The translations under genes were made by a program, and so were the position numbers. The notes under the pieces were generated by a model. It was not told where the DNA came from, ran no database searches, and saw only the letters and a program-made list of their open reading frames with translations. A stretch of DNA of 64,000 nt, taken from positions 16,430,001 to 16,494,000 of the forward strand of contig NC_045714.1 of NCBI RefSeq assembly GCF_009834535.1, given 5' to 3'. Position 1 is the first letter of the stretch. Every line of letters starts with the position of its first letter. This stretch comes from Camelus ferus. Lineage: Eukaryota. Of this stretch, positions 11,838 through 24,800 are shown piece after piece.

Positions 11838-14800
11838 GGTTTACAACTTCTCTGTAAGTTCTAAATTGTAGCAAATAAAAGTTTAAGGGAAAAACAAGAT
11901 CAGAGAAAGAACCAAAGACCTCATGACCCACGCGACCATGCCCAGCTGCCAGGGGACTGGGAGCCAGTGTCCAAGCAGGTGGTCACGTCACGTGCCAAAC
12001 CGCAGCTCCAGAGGTGTGTCATTCAAGAAAAGAGAACAGATACACAGCAAGAGAGAGCACTGGCTCCAACTGTTATCCACACAAGTAAAAAACTGAGTTT
12101 CTCCGCTTGTTATGTTCTGTAAGTTATACTTCTCTGGCCGTGAAATTAACAGAACTGACCTTACTCAGATGAGAAGTACACCCCCCCCCTCACGTGGCCG
12201 CAGAACCAGGGAGGAGACCGCCGCCTGCAGGAGACAGCTTCCTGCTCTCGTCAGTCCTGGGCCCACCTCCTGGGAGAGTCACAGCCTCCTGAGAAGGCCG
12301 TCTTCGCAGGGCCCCCCTCCCACCTCCTCCGCCTGGCAGTACCGTCCCCCCAAAACCTTGGCGGAGCCCAGCAGGGAGCAGCTGGCAGAACGGAAGAGAA
12401 GGCCGTCACTGGCGACCTGGAAATGTGGTCGCTGCACCTTGTTCTAAATACATCTCCCCATTTAAGCTTCCACCTGGCGTGTGTGCAAATGGTTTCCACC
12501 TTTTAATAGCTCTGTTCTCTCTTTACATCTGTGTGTAAGAGAGAGGAAGAGGGACACCCTGGTGGGCTAGACCCTTCACTTGCCTTGGAGAGGCGAGAGA
12601 CATAACGTCTCACAGAAATGCGGGCGCAGGAATTTGGGGAGGTGTGAGCAGTGCCCAGAGGGTGGCTGAGTGGAGTCAGGTGGAGACTGACTGGCAGGGC
12701 AGACCAGGTGCGGAGCCACAGCCCGTCTTCCCAGGTGCACGTCTAAGCCCACGGCGGGACGGGGCGGCTCCGGGCCGAGCGCACTCTCCCTGGGGCTAAA
12801 TTTGGCGCCCTGAGCTCTCAGTTGAGGGGTCCGCTGGTTGCTGAGAGGTTTCTGTTTGGTTGGTTGGGATGTTTCAGCGCCGGGAAAAGTGAACGCTACT
12901 GTGATTTCAGCTTTTTTCCCGAAGCGATCTTGCAATCTCATGAGACGGGGCAACGTGCAAGCTCTAAGGGAGGATGTCCGGGGAGAGGGAGGGGCGCAGA
13001 GGCCAGGGTGGCGGGAGCCTGAGGGCAGGGCCTGCCACCCCAGGGTCTGCCTGCGAAGCCCAGGCCTTGCGCTCTTGGACACACGCTGGTGAACGAAGCT
13101 CTCCCAGGGTTAGCCGAGACTGTTTCGTTGGAAAATCTAAAGATAAATGCCACAAACCTCTCTCTGAGTGACTCCTGGGTGTCCCTGGGCACCGTCCTTT
13201 CCTTCCGCACTGCTCCTCGCTGGATGCCCTGTGGAGGACACCCCACGGAGGAGGGCCTCCCCTCAGCCCGGCCCCCCCTGCCCCACCCCATCACTCTGAG
13301 GTCCCACAGCTTCTCCCTGCGTTCACGGGGATGCAAAAAGCTGAGAAGCACTGTTTTACTTTTTTCTAAAGGACTTCAGTACTGACAGAAAGTGCAGATG
13401 CTCTTGAGATTAAGTCCCTATCTGCTCCAAGCGCCGTCCGGGCTCTGGGAGCCGGTCCTCATGTTCCAGCTCTCCCAGGGTCTCCCTGTGGCTGGTCTGG
13501 TCACAGGCTTGCCCTGCTGACCCGAAGTGGGCAACTACCAGACGGACAACGTCGGCTCTCCGCTGTGCCAGGGCCAGGGGCCCACGCACCCCCGCCTCCG
13601 ACGGTACACACACATCTCAGTACCGCCGAGGGCCACCTTTGACCTCGACCCCCTGTATGTGGACAGCAGAGAAGATCCCGAGGCTAGTTCCTTAGCCTGA
13701 AGTCACAGGGCGGGTGGGGAGGCTGGAGAAGGACGTCGGCTTGGTCCTAGAACAGCTGACATGCCTGGAAAAGTTAAATAGATGGAAAATGGACTGAGTC
13801 AGATGTTATTCCCCCAAAGGGAGGGTCATCTCTGCACTGAGTTTCCTGTGCGATGTTTTCAGAGGAAGCGCCCGTGTTGGGCATCTGTGGCTGATCTCCA
13901 AACACCACCAGCTGAGGAAGTGGAAATTTGGCTGAGTTGATGGAAACTTGCTCAGGAGACCCGAAATGGACTCTGAACGGAGTCGTCCCAAGGAGAAAGC
14001 GGGCACCGTCCATGCCGGGGAAGCAGTGAAGGCAAAAAGGACAGGCCTGTCACTGGCTGCGTCTAGAGAGACCAGTCTGAAAAGAGCAGCGGCAAGCCTG
14101 ACCAGAGCATCAGAATGACCGTCGGGGGCTCCGTGCGCAGTGAGAGAGCACCTGGAGGGGGGCAGATCCAGACACCTGTGCAGAAGGGCTCCCGCGACAT
14201 GGGCCGCAGAGGTGGAGGGAGGTGCCTGGCCCGGAAGTTCCCAGGCCCGGGGATAGTGGGCAGCTCCCTCTGATTTCATCCCAGAGGAGAACAGGGGCCC
14301 AGGAATGGGGGGAGGTGCCGGGAGCCAACGGCTGCCCACGACCCACGTGGGAACTTGACCTGAGATCACATGCAGGAGGAGGGGAGGGGCTGGGAAAGCT
14401 GGGGATGGTGCTGGGTTCCCAGCTGCGAGGGCAGGACACAGGGACTTGACCCCAAGCTTCCCAACACTTGGAATTTGAAACTGGGGGGGCAAGTTTGGTT
14501 ATCAGAGCCTTTCAAAGAGGCAGCCATCCTCCAGGATTCTCCAGGATGAGTTTTCCTGAGCTCCTCCCGCCCTCTCCTGGGCCACGCTGTGAGGATCCAT
14601 GCTGTTCACAGGCCTCCAAACCTTCCCTCAGGGGTGAATGTACGGACATCACTTCGAATGTGCAGGGGCCTGGCCTCGGGATGGGGAGGCCACAGACACT
14701 GGCAGGAGAGACCCGTTTTTCAGGCTCCTCCAGTGACAAAGCGAGGGGCCTCTGTGGGCTCTGCTGGCCTGGCGGGACACTTGCCATCCATCCAGGGGTC

Positions 14801-17222
14801 TCAGGACTTATGAATGCCTCCGCTGCCTGGTCCCCCTGGAAATCCACCAAGACGTGCCTACAATTGCTGACAACCCCAACCTGCCTCCAGACTTGCATGT
14901 TGATTCTCCAGCTAAAAGTCATGCTGCTTGCGCTTCCGTTTCAGTTTTAAGAGCTTAAATCCGGCTGAGAAGAGACAGGCTATTGTGCGGTTTTTGTCTG
15001 GTTAAACCACTTTATGGAAACACGCTTGGCATACAACCGATGTCTACACTTAAGTGTCGGGAGACTAGGGCGCATCAGACCAACCTACGCAATCTAGGCC
15101 GTCGACTGCTCGCCGCCCCCACGGGGCGCCTGCCCGCTCGGGGTTTAGCAGTTGCTTCTCTTTCCTGGCAACAGCACACACCACGGACCCCCCAGCTCGG
15201 GTTCAAGTGCACGGAAGGCCTGCTGTCGCACAGTCTGTGCCCAGAAAGTGCTTGTCTTGTAGCTAAAGCTTTGTCCCTTCTGACCAACATCACCCACTCC
15301 CCTCCCTCAAGCCCTGGGAGACCCCCCCCCCCCCCCGCTTTCTGCTTCTGTGACTTTGACGACTTTGATTTCCTCCTTAAAATGGAGCCACGCAGAGTTC
15401 TGTCCCACGTCTGGCCTCTAGCGCCGCCACGTGGGGGCGACCTCCTTCTGCTCTGAGGTGGCTCACTCGTCCACAGATGCAGCTCTCGGCAGTCTCCCTG
15501 CACAGCTTCCTCCTTCTCACACGTGACTCCCGTCTCCCTTGTTCCCTGCAAACGGCAACTTGCAACATGACAGCCTTGGGCCAGGACTGAGTCCTGTACT
15601 TGGAGACCGGGGAACAGTGACCATGGCACTTGACCAAAAAGTCTCCCTTTCTTTAAAGATAAGAGGCTGGGGGCTCATTTCCCTGGGAACAGGCAGCCAA
15701 GATCTCAGGGGAGGAGGAGCTGTGAGCACACAGTGGGCATCGTGAATGTAGGGACCCCGCGAGCGGGAAGGTGAGGCAGTGTCAGAGCTTCCCCCCAACC
15801 CCAGGAAGCCCCCGGCTGTGAGCGAGTCTGTGCAGGGACAGGCTGGCAGGTTCACAGCAACCCCTCTCCCCACACAGGCCCCACCTGCTCACGGACACCT
15901 GGCTTCTGGACACCCACCTTTTTCTCTCTCACCAGCATGGTGTTCTGACCCCTCCCCTGAGCCGGTGCAGCCCCCAGACCATCCTCCAGCCCCAAGTCCC
16001 CAGCCCACGTGGGGTGGATTTCTCACTGTGGCTCCACTGCATCCAGGCCCGGGGGCCCTGAACCGAGCTGCTCAAAGTGTGGTCCAGAGGCAGGAGCGGC
16101 AATGGCCCCGGGAACGGGCTAGGGTGCGGATGCCCAGGGCCTGCCCAGACTGGGGTCAGAATCCCACAGGGCCGGGGAGGCCCAGGAGCAGGGCACCCAC
16201 AGGCCTTTGGGGGACTCCGGTCCCCTCTGAAGGTCTCAAGGAGCTGGGAACAGAGGCTAAAGGCCTATGTCAGGGCACAGAGCTGAGGCCTGGATTGGAA
16301 AGAGTGTGTTGTGGGGTCATCCCAGAGCTGCCTGAGCCGCCCTAGTGGGAGGCTGGGAAGGTCTCTTCTGCAGAAACAGACTCTGCACAGGAAGCAGTGT
16401 CCTCTGTGCCGTGTCCTCTGTCTCCCGTGGACACAGCTCAGCCTCCCTGAGCACGCTGGGTCCACCCCCGACCCCCGCCTCTCTGCTCCTCCTACACTCA
16501 CGCTTCCTCCCCTAACGACACCTCAACAAAAGGGGCGTGGGAGGCCACCGTGGGTCGGTGGAGGGGGCGTGGCCATCACACAGCAAGGTTGACCACCCCG
16601 GAGCGGAGTGGGGGCGGGAAGGGAGACGCAGGGGCTGGCCGGCAGCTCCGGGGCCCAGGAGTGTCCAGGACCTGCACGTCCTCTGACCTGGCGCCAGCCC
16701 AGGGGCCACGAGCCTCACTGCTCCACAACTCGGGGGGTTGGGGGCCACGTGGGACGAGGCCACGCCCGCACCTGTCAGGACCCTGGCCCCTGCTGCCTTC
16801 TTAGCATGAATGCCCTCGACGTCTGGGCAGGCGCCTCTGCCGCCCTCAAAGCCGGCCCTCGGCAACCCTCTCCTCTGTGGCCCTGTCCCTCCTCGTCCCG
16901 CTGACCCTCACCCACTGCTGTGCCCACGGACCACCTTCCTCCGAAACCTCTCGCGACTGAGTCCTCGATTCGGAGTCTCGGTCTGGGGCCTCCAGGCAAG
17001 CCTCCCTCCCCCGGAGGGGTCCAGGGGTGCCTGCACTGGGCTTCCGCTGCAGCGGGCCCTCCTCCACGGCCGGCCCCTCCCGCCCCCGCCTGGCTCCTGT
17101 GTCTCTGCCCTGGGCCCGCGGGAGCTCTATCAGCTTCGGAAGGAGGAGGCAGGGTCACAGGAGGGAAGACACAGGGTGCAACGCCAGAGGGAGGCCCAGC
17201 GGAGGAGTGCGTCCTGGAGCAG

Positions 17223-19227
17223 ATGGACTGGACCGAGGCCCAGGCAGGCAGGGTGGGAGCCGGAGTGGGGAAGGCGGGAGGCACGGGAGCCCGGCCGCCC
17301 ACAGCCACGCAGCGCCGGCGGGGCAGGTGGAGGTGGGCTCGGCCCTGGGCCCTGCTCCTGCTTCTCCTGGGTCCCCAGCTCCTGGAGGCGCGCGGCTGGG
17401 GTCTCCAGAGGGAAGTGAGCGCGGAGGACCAGAGGGTGCTGGAAAGGTACTTACCTGCCACCGTGGAGTACGCCGTACACGAGTTCAACCTGAGGAGCCA
17501 GGACGAGAACGCCTACAAGGTGAAGCGTGTCCTGAGGTCCTGGAGGGAGCCGGTGGGTACCACGCGCCCGCCCCGCCGGCCGGCACCTGCTCTCGCGGGA
17601 GGCCGGGGGAGGGTCCCGTCGGGCCGTCCTCTTCCCCACCCGAAGCCCGTAAAGCAGAGGGGAAATGCAGTCTGTTCAGTCGCTCTCAGTTCCTATCAAA
17701 GGAGTAACTTGGAAACTTTTAGCGCCTCAGTCCATCAACTCACACGTAAGGTGTGTCTTCAGTTTTCGTCATCTCTGGACGTGGTTTAATGAAGAATGAC
17801 CAAAATATGGCCGATGAGGGGATGAAGGTATTTAGTTAAAAAAAAAAGAAAAACCTCAGGGAGTATTGGATTCGATAGATTCAGAAAATATTTCAAGGAA
17901 ATAACAGTAAAGTGGGTTAATTCAGAAAGAGAGAGACAGAGACGCCCAGACATGCACGGAGGGAGGGAGGAGGCCGGGGCCTGGAGGGGTGGGGGCAGGC
18001 CGCAGGGTCCCCTGGCCCTGAGGACCCCTGCGAGGTCACGGCCTCTCCTCTGACCCCACCTGCTCTGGGCGCCTTCCGGGTCTCCGCCCACGCAGGCTGA
18101 GTGTGACTTACACTCTTCCGGACCTTGGTTCTTAATCCTAAACTGTTCTCCTGGCCGTGGGGTCTCTGCAGAGTGCCAGCAGGGGTGTGATTTCCACGTG
18201 GGCTGCAGACGCCAACACTGAGACCCTCGGCTGGAGGAGCACGTCTGGCCTGTGTGCGCTTGTGAGTGTGTGTGTGCGTGTGTGTGTGCACGTGTGTGCG
18301 TGTGTGTAGCCGTAGCGCCGAGCGGCATTTTCCTGCCGTGGGGCAGGTGAAAGCGTGACATGGGGCGTGAGGGTGAGCCCCCCTTTCTCAGAACAGACTG
18401 ACCCAGCAAACTTGCGGAGCCGGCACCCCCGGCCCGGCCCGGCCCGGCCCGCCCTCCCGCTCTGCGGGGACCTGCTGTGCCTGCCACCCGCGGGCAGGAG
18501 GGACGCCCTCACCTCGGTGTCTCCCCGACCACAGGTGGACACCGCCATGGTGTTCTCCACGGAGCTGCAGCTCACCCGCACCAGGTGTGGGAAGTTTGAC
18601 GAAGACATTGACAACTGTCCGTTTCAAGGACGTCCGGACGTGAACAACGTAAGAGACGCACCAGCCGCCCTCGGGTGACACGGGGTGAATGCCAGCCCCG
18701 GGGGCGGGGCTGTGGCAGTGATGACAGCGCCGCTCCTAGAGACACAGGGGGGTGACCGGCACCCTGCCCCGCGGAACTCCCGCTCCTGCTCCAGCTGACA
18801 AGGGGCTGAACCCCGCCCCAGGACAAGCCCCGCAGGGTCGAGGCCCCCGGGAGACAGCAGGTGTGCAGGGAGACTCCCAATGGGGCGCTGGGGGCTTGGT
18901 CCCACTGGGACAGCCTCTGGGGACCACAGGCCTGGCGGGGAAAGAAGGACACAGGCGCCCTGGGGTCAGGAGCGAGTCCCAGGTCGGGGGCATCCACGAC
19001 CGAGGGCAGGAGCCTGCACCCCCTGCCGCCCCCGCCCCCAGGAGTGCAAAGTTGTGTGGGTGCTGGGCTTAGAGCCAGAGCCACCAGCTTCCCAAGGCCC
19101 CTCCACCCACGCTCCCTCCCCTGCGTTTCCCCCGCAGACCGTCACCTGCCTCTTCACCATCAGCACTGAACCCTGGAGAACAGTGTTTGAGCTCCTGAAC
19201 AACACGTGCTCAGAGGGGCTCCTCTGA
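17223..19227 (+). CDS. CST9L: CST9/CST9L-like (testatin-like) cystatin, copy 1. Exons 17223 (or ACG 17307)-17552, 18535-18648, 19138-19227
   Basis: Reads WALLLLLLG...RYLPATVEYAVHEFN...AYKV...SWRE | [31 protein letters not shown] | TVTCLFTISTEPWRTVFELLNNTCSEGLL*, with GT-AG introns. Closest remembered match is CST9L; the start codon is ambiguous. Confidence 0.8.
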
Positions 19228-19408
19228 GGGAGACCACGGCCCCGCCTGGCCTCTGCTGTCCTGCCCCTGGCCACCAGCGAGGCCTGTTGTGGCCCTCTGG
19301 TGGCGGAGCAGCTCCGGTTCTGTTCCTTCACGAGCAGGTGTCTGGGGGGGGTCGCATCCGGGCGAGGTGGAAATTGCTCCCTGTCCATTTCCCCCCGTAG
19401 AATCGGCC

Positions 19409-19414
19409 ATTAAA
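19409..19414 (+). terminator. ATTAAA polyadenylation signal, CST9-like copy 1 (mirror copy at 21931-21936 on -)
   Basis: Hexamer about 180 nt after the stop, present in both arms. Confidence 0.6.
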
Positions 19415-21823
19415 CACCAGCATTTCCGGCAGCCTGTGCCGCCTGGTCCGGAGGGCGGGGGCCGGGCAGGGAAGGCGTCCTCCTGCCAGGGCTGCCGCTG
19501 GCCTAGGGGCGGGTCTGCTCCGCCCTGGACACCTGAGACAGCTGCAGGTGACACCACTTAGCAAGCGCAGGTGGTCTGATCTCCATCTCTGGGCTCACGT
19601 GATGGCCTGGTCCTCAGGGCGGCATCGCCATGACCTGACGGGAGCCCAGGGCCGACGCGCCTCTGGCCCTCAGTGCCTGCCTTGGGGGGCCTGCTCACAT
19701 CTGCCCAGGTCCAGCAGGGCGCTCGGGGCAGCGGGAGGACATGGAGGGCCCAGCCTCCGGCATCAGCAGTGGCTCCTGGGGCCCCTTTAGAAGCATGCAG
19801 CTCGGGGACTCTGCACCTGCGACGAGGACCCGGGCCCTTGGGACAATTCGACTTGTGAGGCACTGCGGCTGCTGCTGCCCCAGAGGCCCCGCCCCTCCCC
19901 CAGAATGCCACCTGGCCAACTCGCCTGGCCCTGCGGCCTGGCTCTCAACACCCCCACCCCCGCCAGGCTGTGTCTGGAAACACCGCGGACAACGTGGACT
20001 GAAGCGGGAGTGGGCACGTTCCAGGAAGACCTCACTCCCACGCAGGGTCTCCCTGGTGGAGGGGTCAGGTCACATGGTGTGAGGACGCCTGGTCGCATCC
20101 TCCACAGGCACCGGATGGCTTCCCAGGCCTGTGACTGCAGCGGAGCTGAGGGGAGCCCGGTGCGGGGTCCTCGCTGCTGGCCGGGCACCACTGGGTGTGA
20201 GCACAGCCGTGCTCCTGTCCCTCTGCCACCTGTGCCCGGACTGGGCCGGCTGCTCTGGAAGACAGCCCACCCCTCCTTTGCTTCCTCTCTGGCCCTTCCT
20301 GACCTGTGGCTCTTCCAAGAGAAGGAAGCTTAGAGGTCCTTTACCCTCCGTGATTCCTGTCCAGTGTCCGGGGAGCCCTCTGCTGTCCTGTTCCTGGCCA
20401 CCCGGGTCCGCCGAGGGTTTTGTCAGTGTGGATGACGAGGGTGCCCGTGAGGGACGCTGAGTGGGGCCTAGGGCACTGTGTGTGCACGTGGTGCTCCCTT
20501 CCCCAGGGAAGGGGGAGAGCACGGCGGTGTCTGAGCCCTGAGGGGGTGGGGAGGAAGCGGGATGCCAGCTGACACCCGGGGCTTAGCGCCTCCCCTGCCC
20601 ACTGGCTGACCCTCTCTGCGCCGGGCGCTGGGCCAAACCTCAGGGTTAGCCCCGCTCCGCCACGGGCCAGTCCTGACCCTCCTCTGTGCCCCGAGCCTTC
20701 GGCACCTACAGGCCCACTCTCCACACAGGGAGAGCATGGGCCATGCCTTTCCTGAAAGCTGCTGTGAGGGACAAAATCCAGGGTCACGGAGGGGAGGTGC
20801 TGCAGCACGGCCACGTCCCCCTTTGGGTTGGAGCTTCTCGGTGCTCCTCCTCCGTCCTCATCTCTGCCGTGGGTCCCCTGGGACCTGGCACACACGCCAT
20901 CTCCCACCGTGTCTGGACCTCGGCCACAGCCTTGGGACAAGTTAAGGTGGGGCCCAGCGGTGCCACGGAGATGGAGGCCGTGTGGAGACCCCAGGAGTGC
21001 TTCCCCACCGTGACTGTCAAAGTGACCCTGAGCATTGGCCAGGGGAGGAACCCCAGAAGGAGAGTGCAAGGGAACAGGCCTCGAGCAGGTGGGTGCCTGG
21101 AGCCCTAGACACGGGCATAGCCCCCGGAACTGAAGGAGGCGGTCCCTCCTCCTCCAGGCTGTCCACTTGGGTCACCCTGAAGTATCTCCCCATCATGGGG
21201 ACTCGTGGGACCCATCCGCCCCATGCAGTGTGGGCCCCCCTGAGGCTGGGTCAGCACCTTGTGTCCCTTTGGAGCCCCCCCACACACGGGGTGTCCAAGT
21301 CAGATTCCCTTGCTCGTTAGCACCCGGCAGGCATACGTGTCCCCAGTAACCAGACGTCACCACCAAGTGTTGAAATCTACGGCTCCATAGACATGCCTTC
21401 TCGTGACGATTCCCTCACTCACGTCACTAGTCAAATGGCACCCGGAAGCGTGTGTGTAGCCGTGGCGGCGGAGCACTGGTCCGGCCATGAACAGCGCATC
21501 CCGGTGACGGCGTGAGAGGCTCCATCCGTCGCAGATTCCAACCCTCAACCCCCATCAGAACATCACCAAGGAGCTGGAATATTTGGGAGAACAGCTGGTG
21601 CAGTTACAGGGACACCCGCGCTCCCCAGGCCCCTCGGGCAGAGCCGACGTCAAGAAGACCGAACATGATACAGGACAAAGGAGGGGGAGGCCGAGAACTA
21701 GACAGCGTCACAGTTTCCGGTCAACACCTGCACCCAACATTCAGTGACTGTTTCCTAATGATGATGATAATCAGGAAATCAAGCGTTAAACTGTAAAAAT
21801 GCTTCTCTGGCCGAGAGGAAGGG

Positions 21824-24800
21824 GGAGCGGACCCGCCCCTAGGCCAGCGGCAGCCCTGGCGGGAGGACGCCTTCCCTGCCCGGCCCCCGCCCTCCGGACC
21901 AGGCGGCACAGGCTGCCGGAAATGCTGGTGTTTAATGGCCGATTCTACGGGGGGAAATGGACAGGGAGCAATTTCCACCTCGCCCGGATGCGACCCCCCC
22001 CAGACACCTGCTCGTGAAGGAACAGAACCGGAGCTGCTCCGCCACCAGAGGGCCACAACAGGCCTCGCTGGTGGCCAGGGGCAGGACAGCAGAGGCCAGG
22101 CGGGGCCGTGGTCTCCCTCAGAGGAGCCCCTCTGAGCACGTGTTGTTCAGGAGCTCAAACACTGTTCTCCAGGGTTCAGTGCTGATGGTGAAGAGGCAGG
22201 TGACGGTCTGCGGGGGAAACGCAGGGGAGGGAGCGTGGGTGGAGGGGCCTTGGGAAGCTGGTGGCTCTGGCTCTAAGCCCAGCACCCACACAACTTTGCA
22301 CTCCTGGGGGCGGGGGCGGCAGGGGGTGCAGGCTCCTGCCCTCGGTCGTGGATGCCCCCGACCTGGGACTCGCTCCTGACCCCAGGGCGCCTGTGTCCTT
22401 CTTTCCCCGCCAGGCCTGTGGTCCCCAGAGGCTGTCCCAGTGGGACCAAGCCCCCAGCGCCCCATTGGGAGTCTCCCTGCACACCTGCTGTCTCCCGGGG
22501 GCCTCGACCCTGCGGGGCTTGTCCTGGGGCGGGGTTCAGCCCCTTGTCAGCTGGAGCAGGAGCGGGAGTTCCGCGGGGCAGGGTGCCGGTCACCCCCCTG
22601 TGTCTCTAGGAGCGGCGCTGTCATCACTGCCACAGCCCCGCCCCCGGGGCGGCATTCACCCCGTGTCACCCGAGGGCGGCTGGTGCGTCTCTTACGTTGT
22701 TCACGTCCGGACGTCCTTGAAACGGACAGTTGTCAATGTCTTCGTCAAACTTCCCACACCTGGTGCGGGTGAGCTGCAGCTCCGTGGAGAACACCATGGC
22801 GGTGTCCACCTGTGGTCGGGGAGACACCGAGGTGAGGGCGTCCCTCCTGCCCGCGGGTGGCAGGCACAGCAGGTCCCCGCAGAGCGGGAGGGCGGGCCGG
22901 GCCGGGGGTGCCGGCTCCGCAAGTTTGCTGGGTCAGTCCGTTCTGAGAAAGGGGGGCTCACCCTCACGCCCCATGTCACGCTTTCAGCTGCCCCACGGCA
23001 GGAAAATGCCGCTCGGCGCTACGGCTACACACACGCACACACGTGCACACACACACACACACTCACGCACACACTCACACACGCACACACACACTCACAA
23101 GCGCACACAGGCCAGACGTGCTCCTCCAGCCGAGGGTCTCAGTGTTGGCGTCTGCAGCCCACGTGGAAATCGCACCCCTGCTGGCACTCTGCAGAGACCC
23201 CACGGCCAGGAGAACAGTTTAGGATTAAGAACCAAGGTCCGGAAGAGTGTAAGTCACACTCAGCCTGCGTGGGCGGAGACCCGGAAGGCGCCCAGAGCAG
23301 GTGGGGTCAGAGGAGAGGCCGTGACCTCGCAGGGGTCCTCAGGGCCAGGGGACCCTGCGGCCTGCCCCCACCCCTCCAGGCCCCGGCCTCCTCCCTCCCT
23401 CCGTGCATGTCTGGGCGTCTCTGTCTCTCTCTTTCTGAATTAACCCACTTTACTGTTATTTCCTTGAAATATTTTCTGAATCTATCGAATCCAATACTCC
23501 CTGAGGTTTTTCTTTTTTTTTTAACTAAATACCTTCATCCCCTCATCGGCCATATTTTGGTCATTCTTCATTAAACCACGTCCAGAGATGACGAAAACTG
23601 AAGACACACCTTACGTGTGAGTTGATGGACTGAGGCGCTAAAAGTTTCCAAGTTACTCCTTTGATAGGAACTGAGAGCGACTGAACAGACTGCATTTCCC
23701 CTCTGCTTCACGGGCTTCGGGTGGGGAAGAGGACGGCCCGACGGGACCCTCCCCCGGCCTCCCGCGAGAGCAGGTGCAGGCCGGCGGGGCGGGCGCGTGG
23801 TACCCACCGGCTCCCTCCAGGACCTCAGGACACGCTTCACCTTGTAGGCGTTCTCGTCCTGGCTCCTCAGGTTGAACTCGTGTACGGCGTACTCCACGGT
23901 GGCAGGTAAGTACCTTTCCAGCACCCTCTGGTCCTCCGCGCTCACTTCCCTCTGGAGACCCCAGCCGCGCGCCTCCAGGAGCTGGGGACCCAGGAGAAGC
24001 AGGAGCAGGGCCCAGGGCCGAGCCCACCTCCACCTGCCCCGCCGGCGCTGCGTGGCTGTGGGCGGCCGGGCTCCCGTGCCTCCCGCCTTCCCCACTCCGG
24101 CTCCCACCCTGCCTGCCTGGGCCTCGGTCCAGTCCATCTGCTCCAGGACGCACTCCTCCGCTGGGCCTCCCTCTGGCGTTGCACCCTGTGTCTTCCCTCC
24201 TGTGACCCTGCCTCCTCCTTCCGAAGCTGATAGAGCTCCCGCGGGCCCAGGGCAGAGACACAGGAGCCAGGCGGGGGCGGGAGGGGCCGGCCGTGGAGGA
24301 GGGCCCGCTGCAGCGGAAGCCCAGCGCAGGCGCCCCTGGACCCCTCCGGGGGAGGGAGGCTTGCCTGGAGGCCCCAGACCGAGACTCCGAATCGAGGACT
24401 CAGTCGCGAGAGGTTTCGGAGGAAGGTGGTCCGTGGGCACAGCAGTGGGTGAGGGTCAGCGGGACGAGGAGGGACAGGGCCGCAGAGGAGGGGTTGCCGA
24501 GGGCCGGCTTTGAGGGCGGCAGAGGCGCCTGCCCAGACGTCGAGGGCATTCATGCTAAGAAGGCAGCAGGGGCCGGGGTCCTGACAGGTGCGGGCGTGGC
24601 CTCGTCCCACTTGGCCCCCAACCCCCCGAGTTGTGGAGCAGTGAGGCTCGTGGCCCCTGGGCTGGCGCCAGGTCAGAGGACGTGCAGGTCCTGGACACTC
24701 CTGGGCCCCGGAGCTGCCGGCCAGCCCCTGCGTCTCCCTTCCCGCCCCCACTCCGCTCCGGGGTGGTCAACCTTGCTGTGTGATGGCCACGCCCCCTCCA

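Larger units (their letters stand above)
15802..19521 (+). repeat. Left arm of a 3.7 kb inverted segmental duplication
   Basis: Reverse complement of 21824-25557; paired ORFs in the track are nearly identical; about 18 substitutions plus a few indels by hand comparison. Confidence 0.97.

Noticed and set aside
2600-15800. Search for a second direct-orientation CST9 paralog or pseudo-exons between CST3 and the palindrome
   Set aside because: No cystatin motifs recognised by eye; a tblastn would be needed to exclude very decayed remnants
16920-17789. 289-aa ORF (mirror at 23571-24440) as a single-exon protein
   Set aside because: It is exon 1 plus GC-rich upstream sequence and retained intron; it starts at a non-ATG codon; only the middle is cystatin-like
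21530-21800. Exon-like frame in the palindrome spacer (IPTLNPHQNITKELEYLGEQLVQLQ)
   Set aside because: No recognisable family; may be decayed L1-derived sequence
22261-23574. 437-aa ORF, the longest in the track
   Set aside because: Antisense to CST9L-like copy 2, runs through a (CA)n repeat, and is broken in the other arm, so it is not maintained
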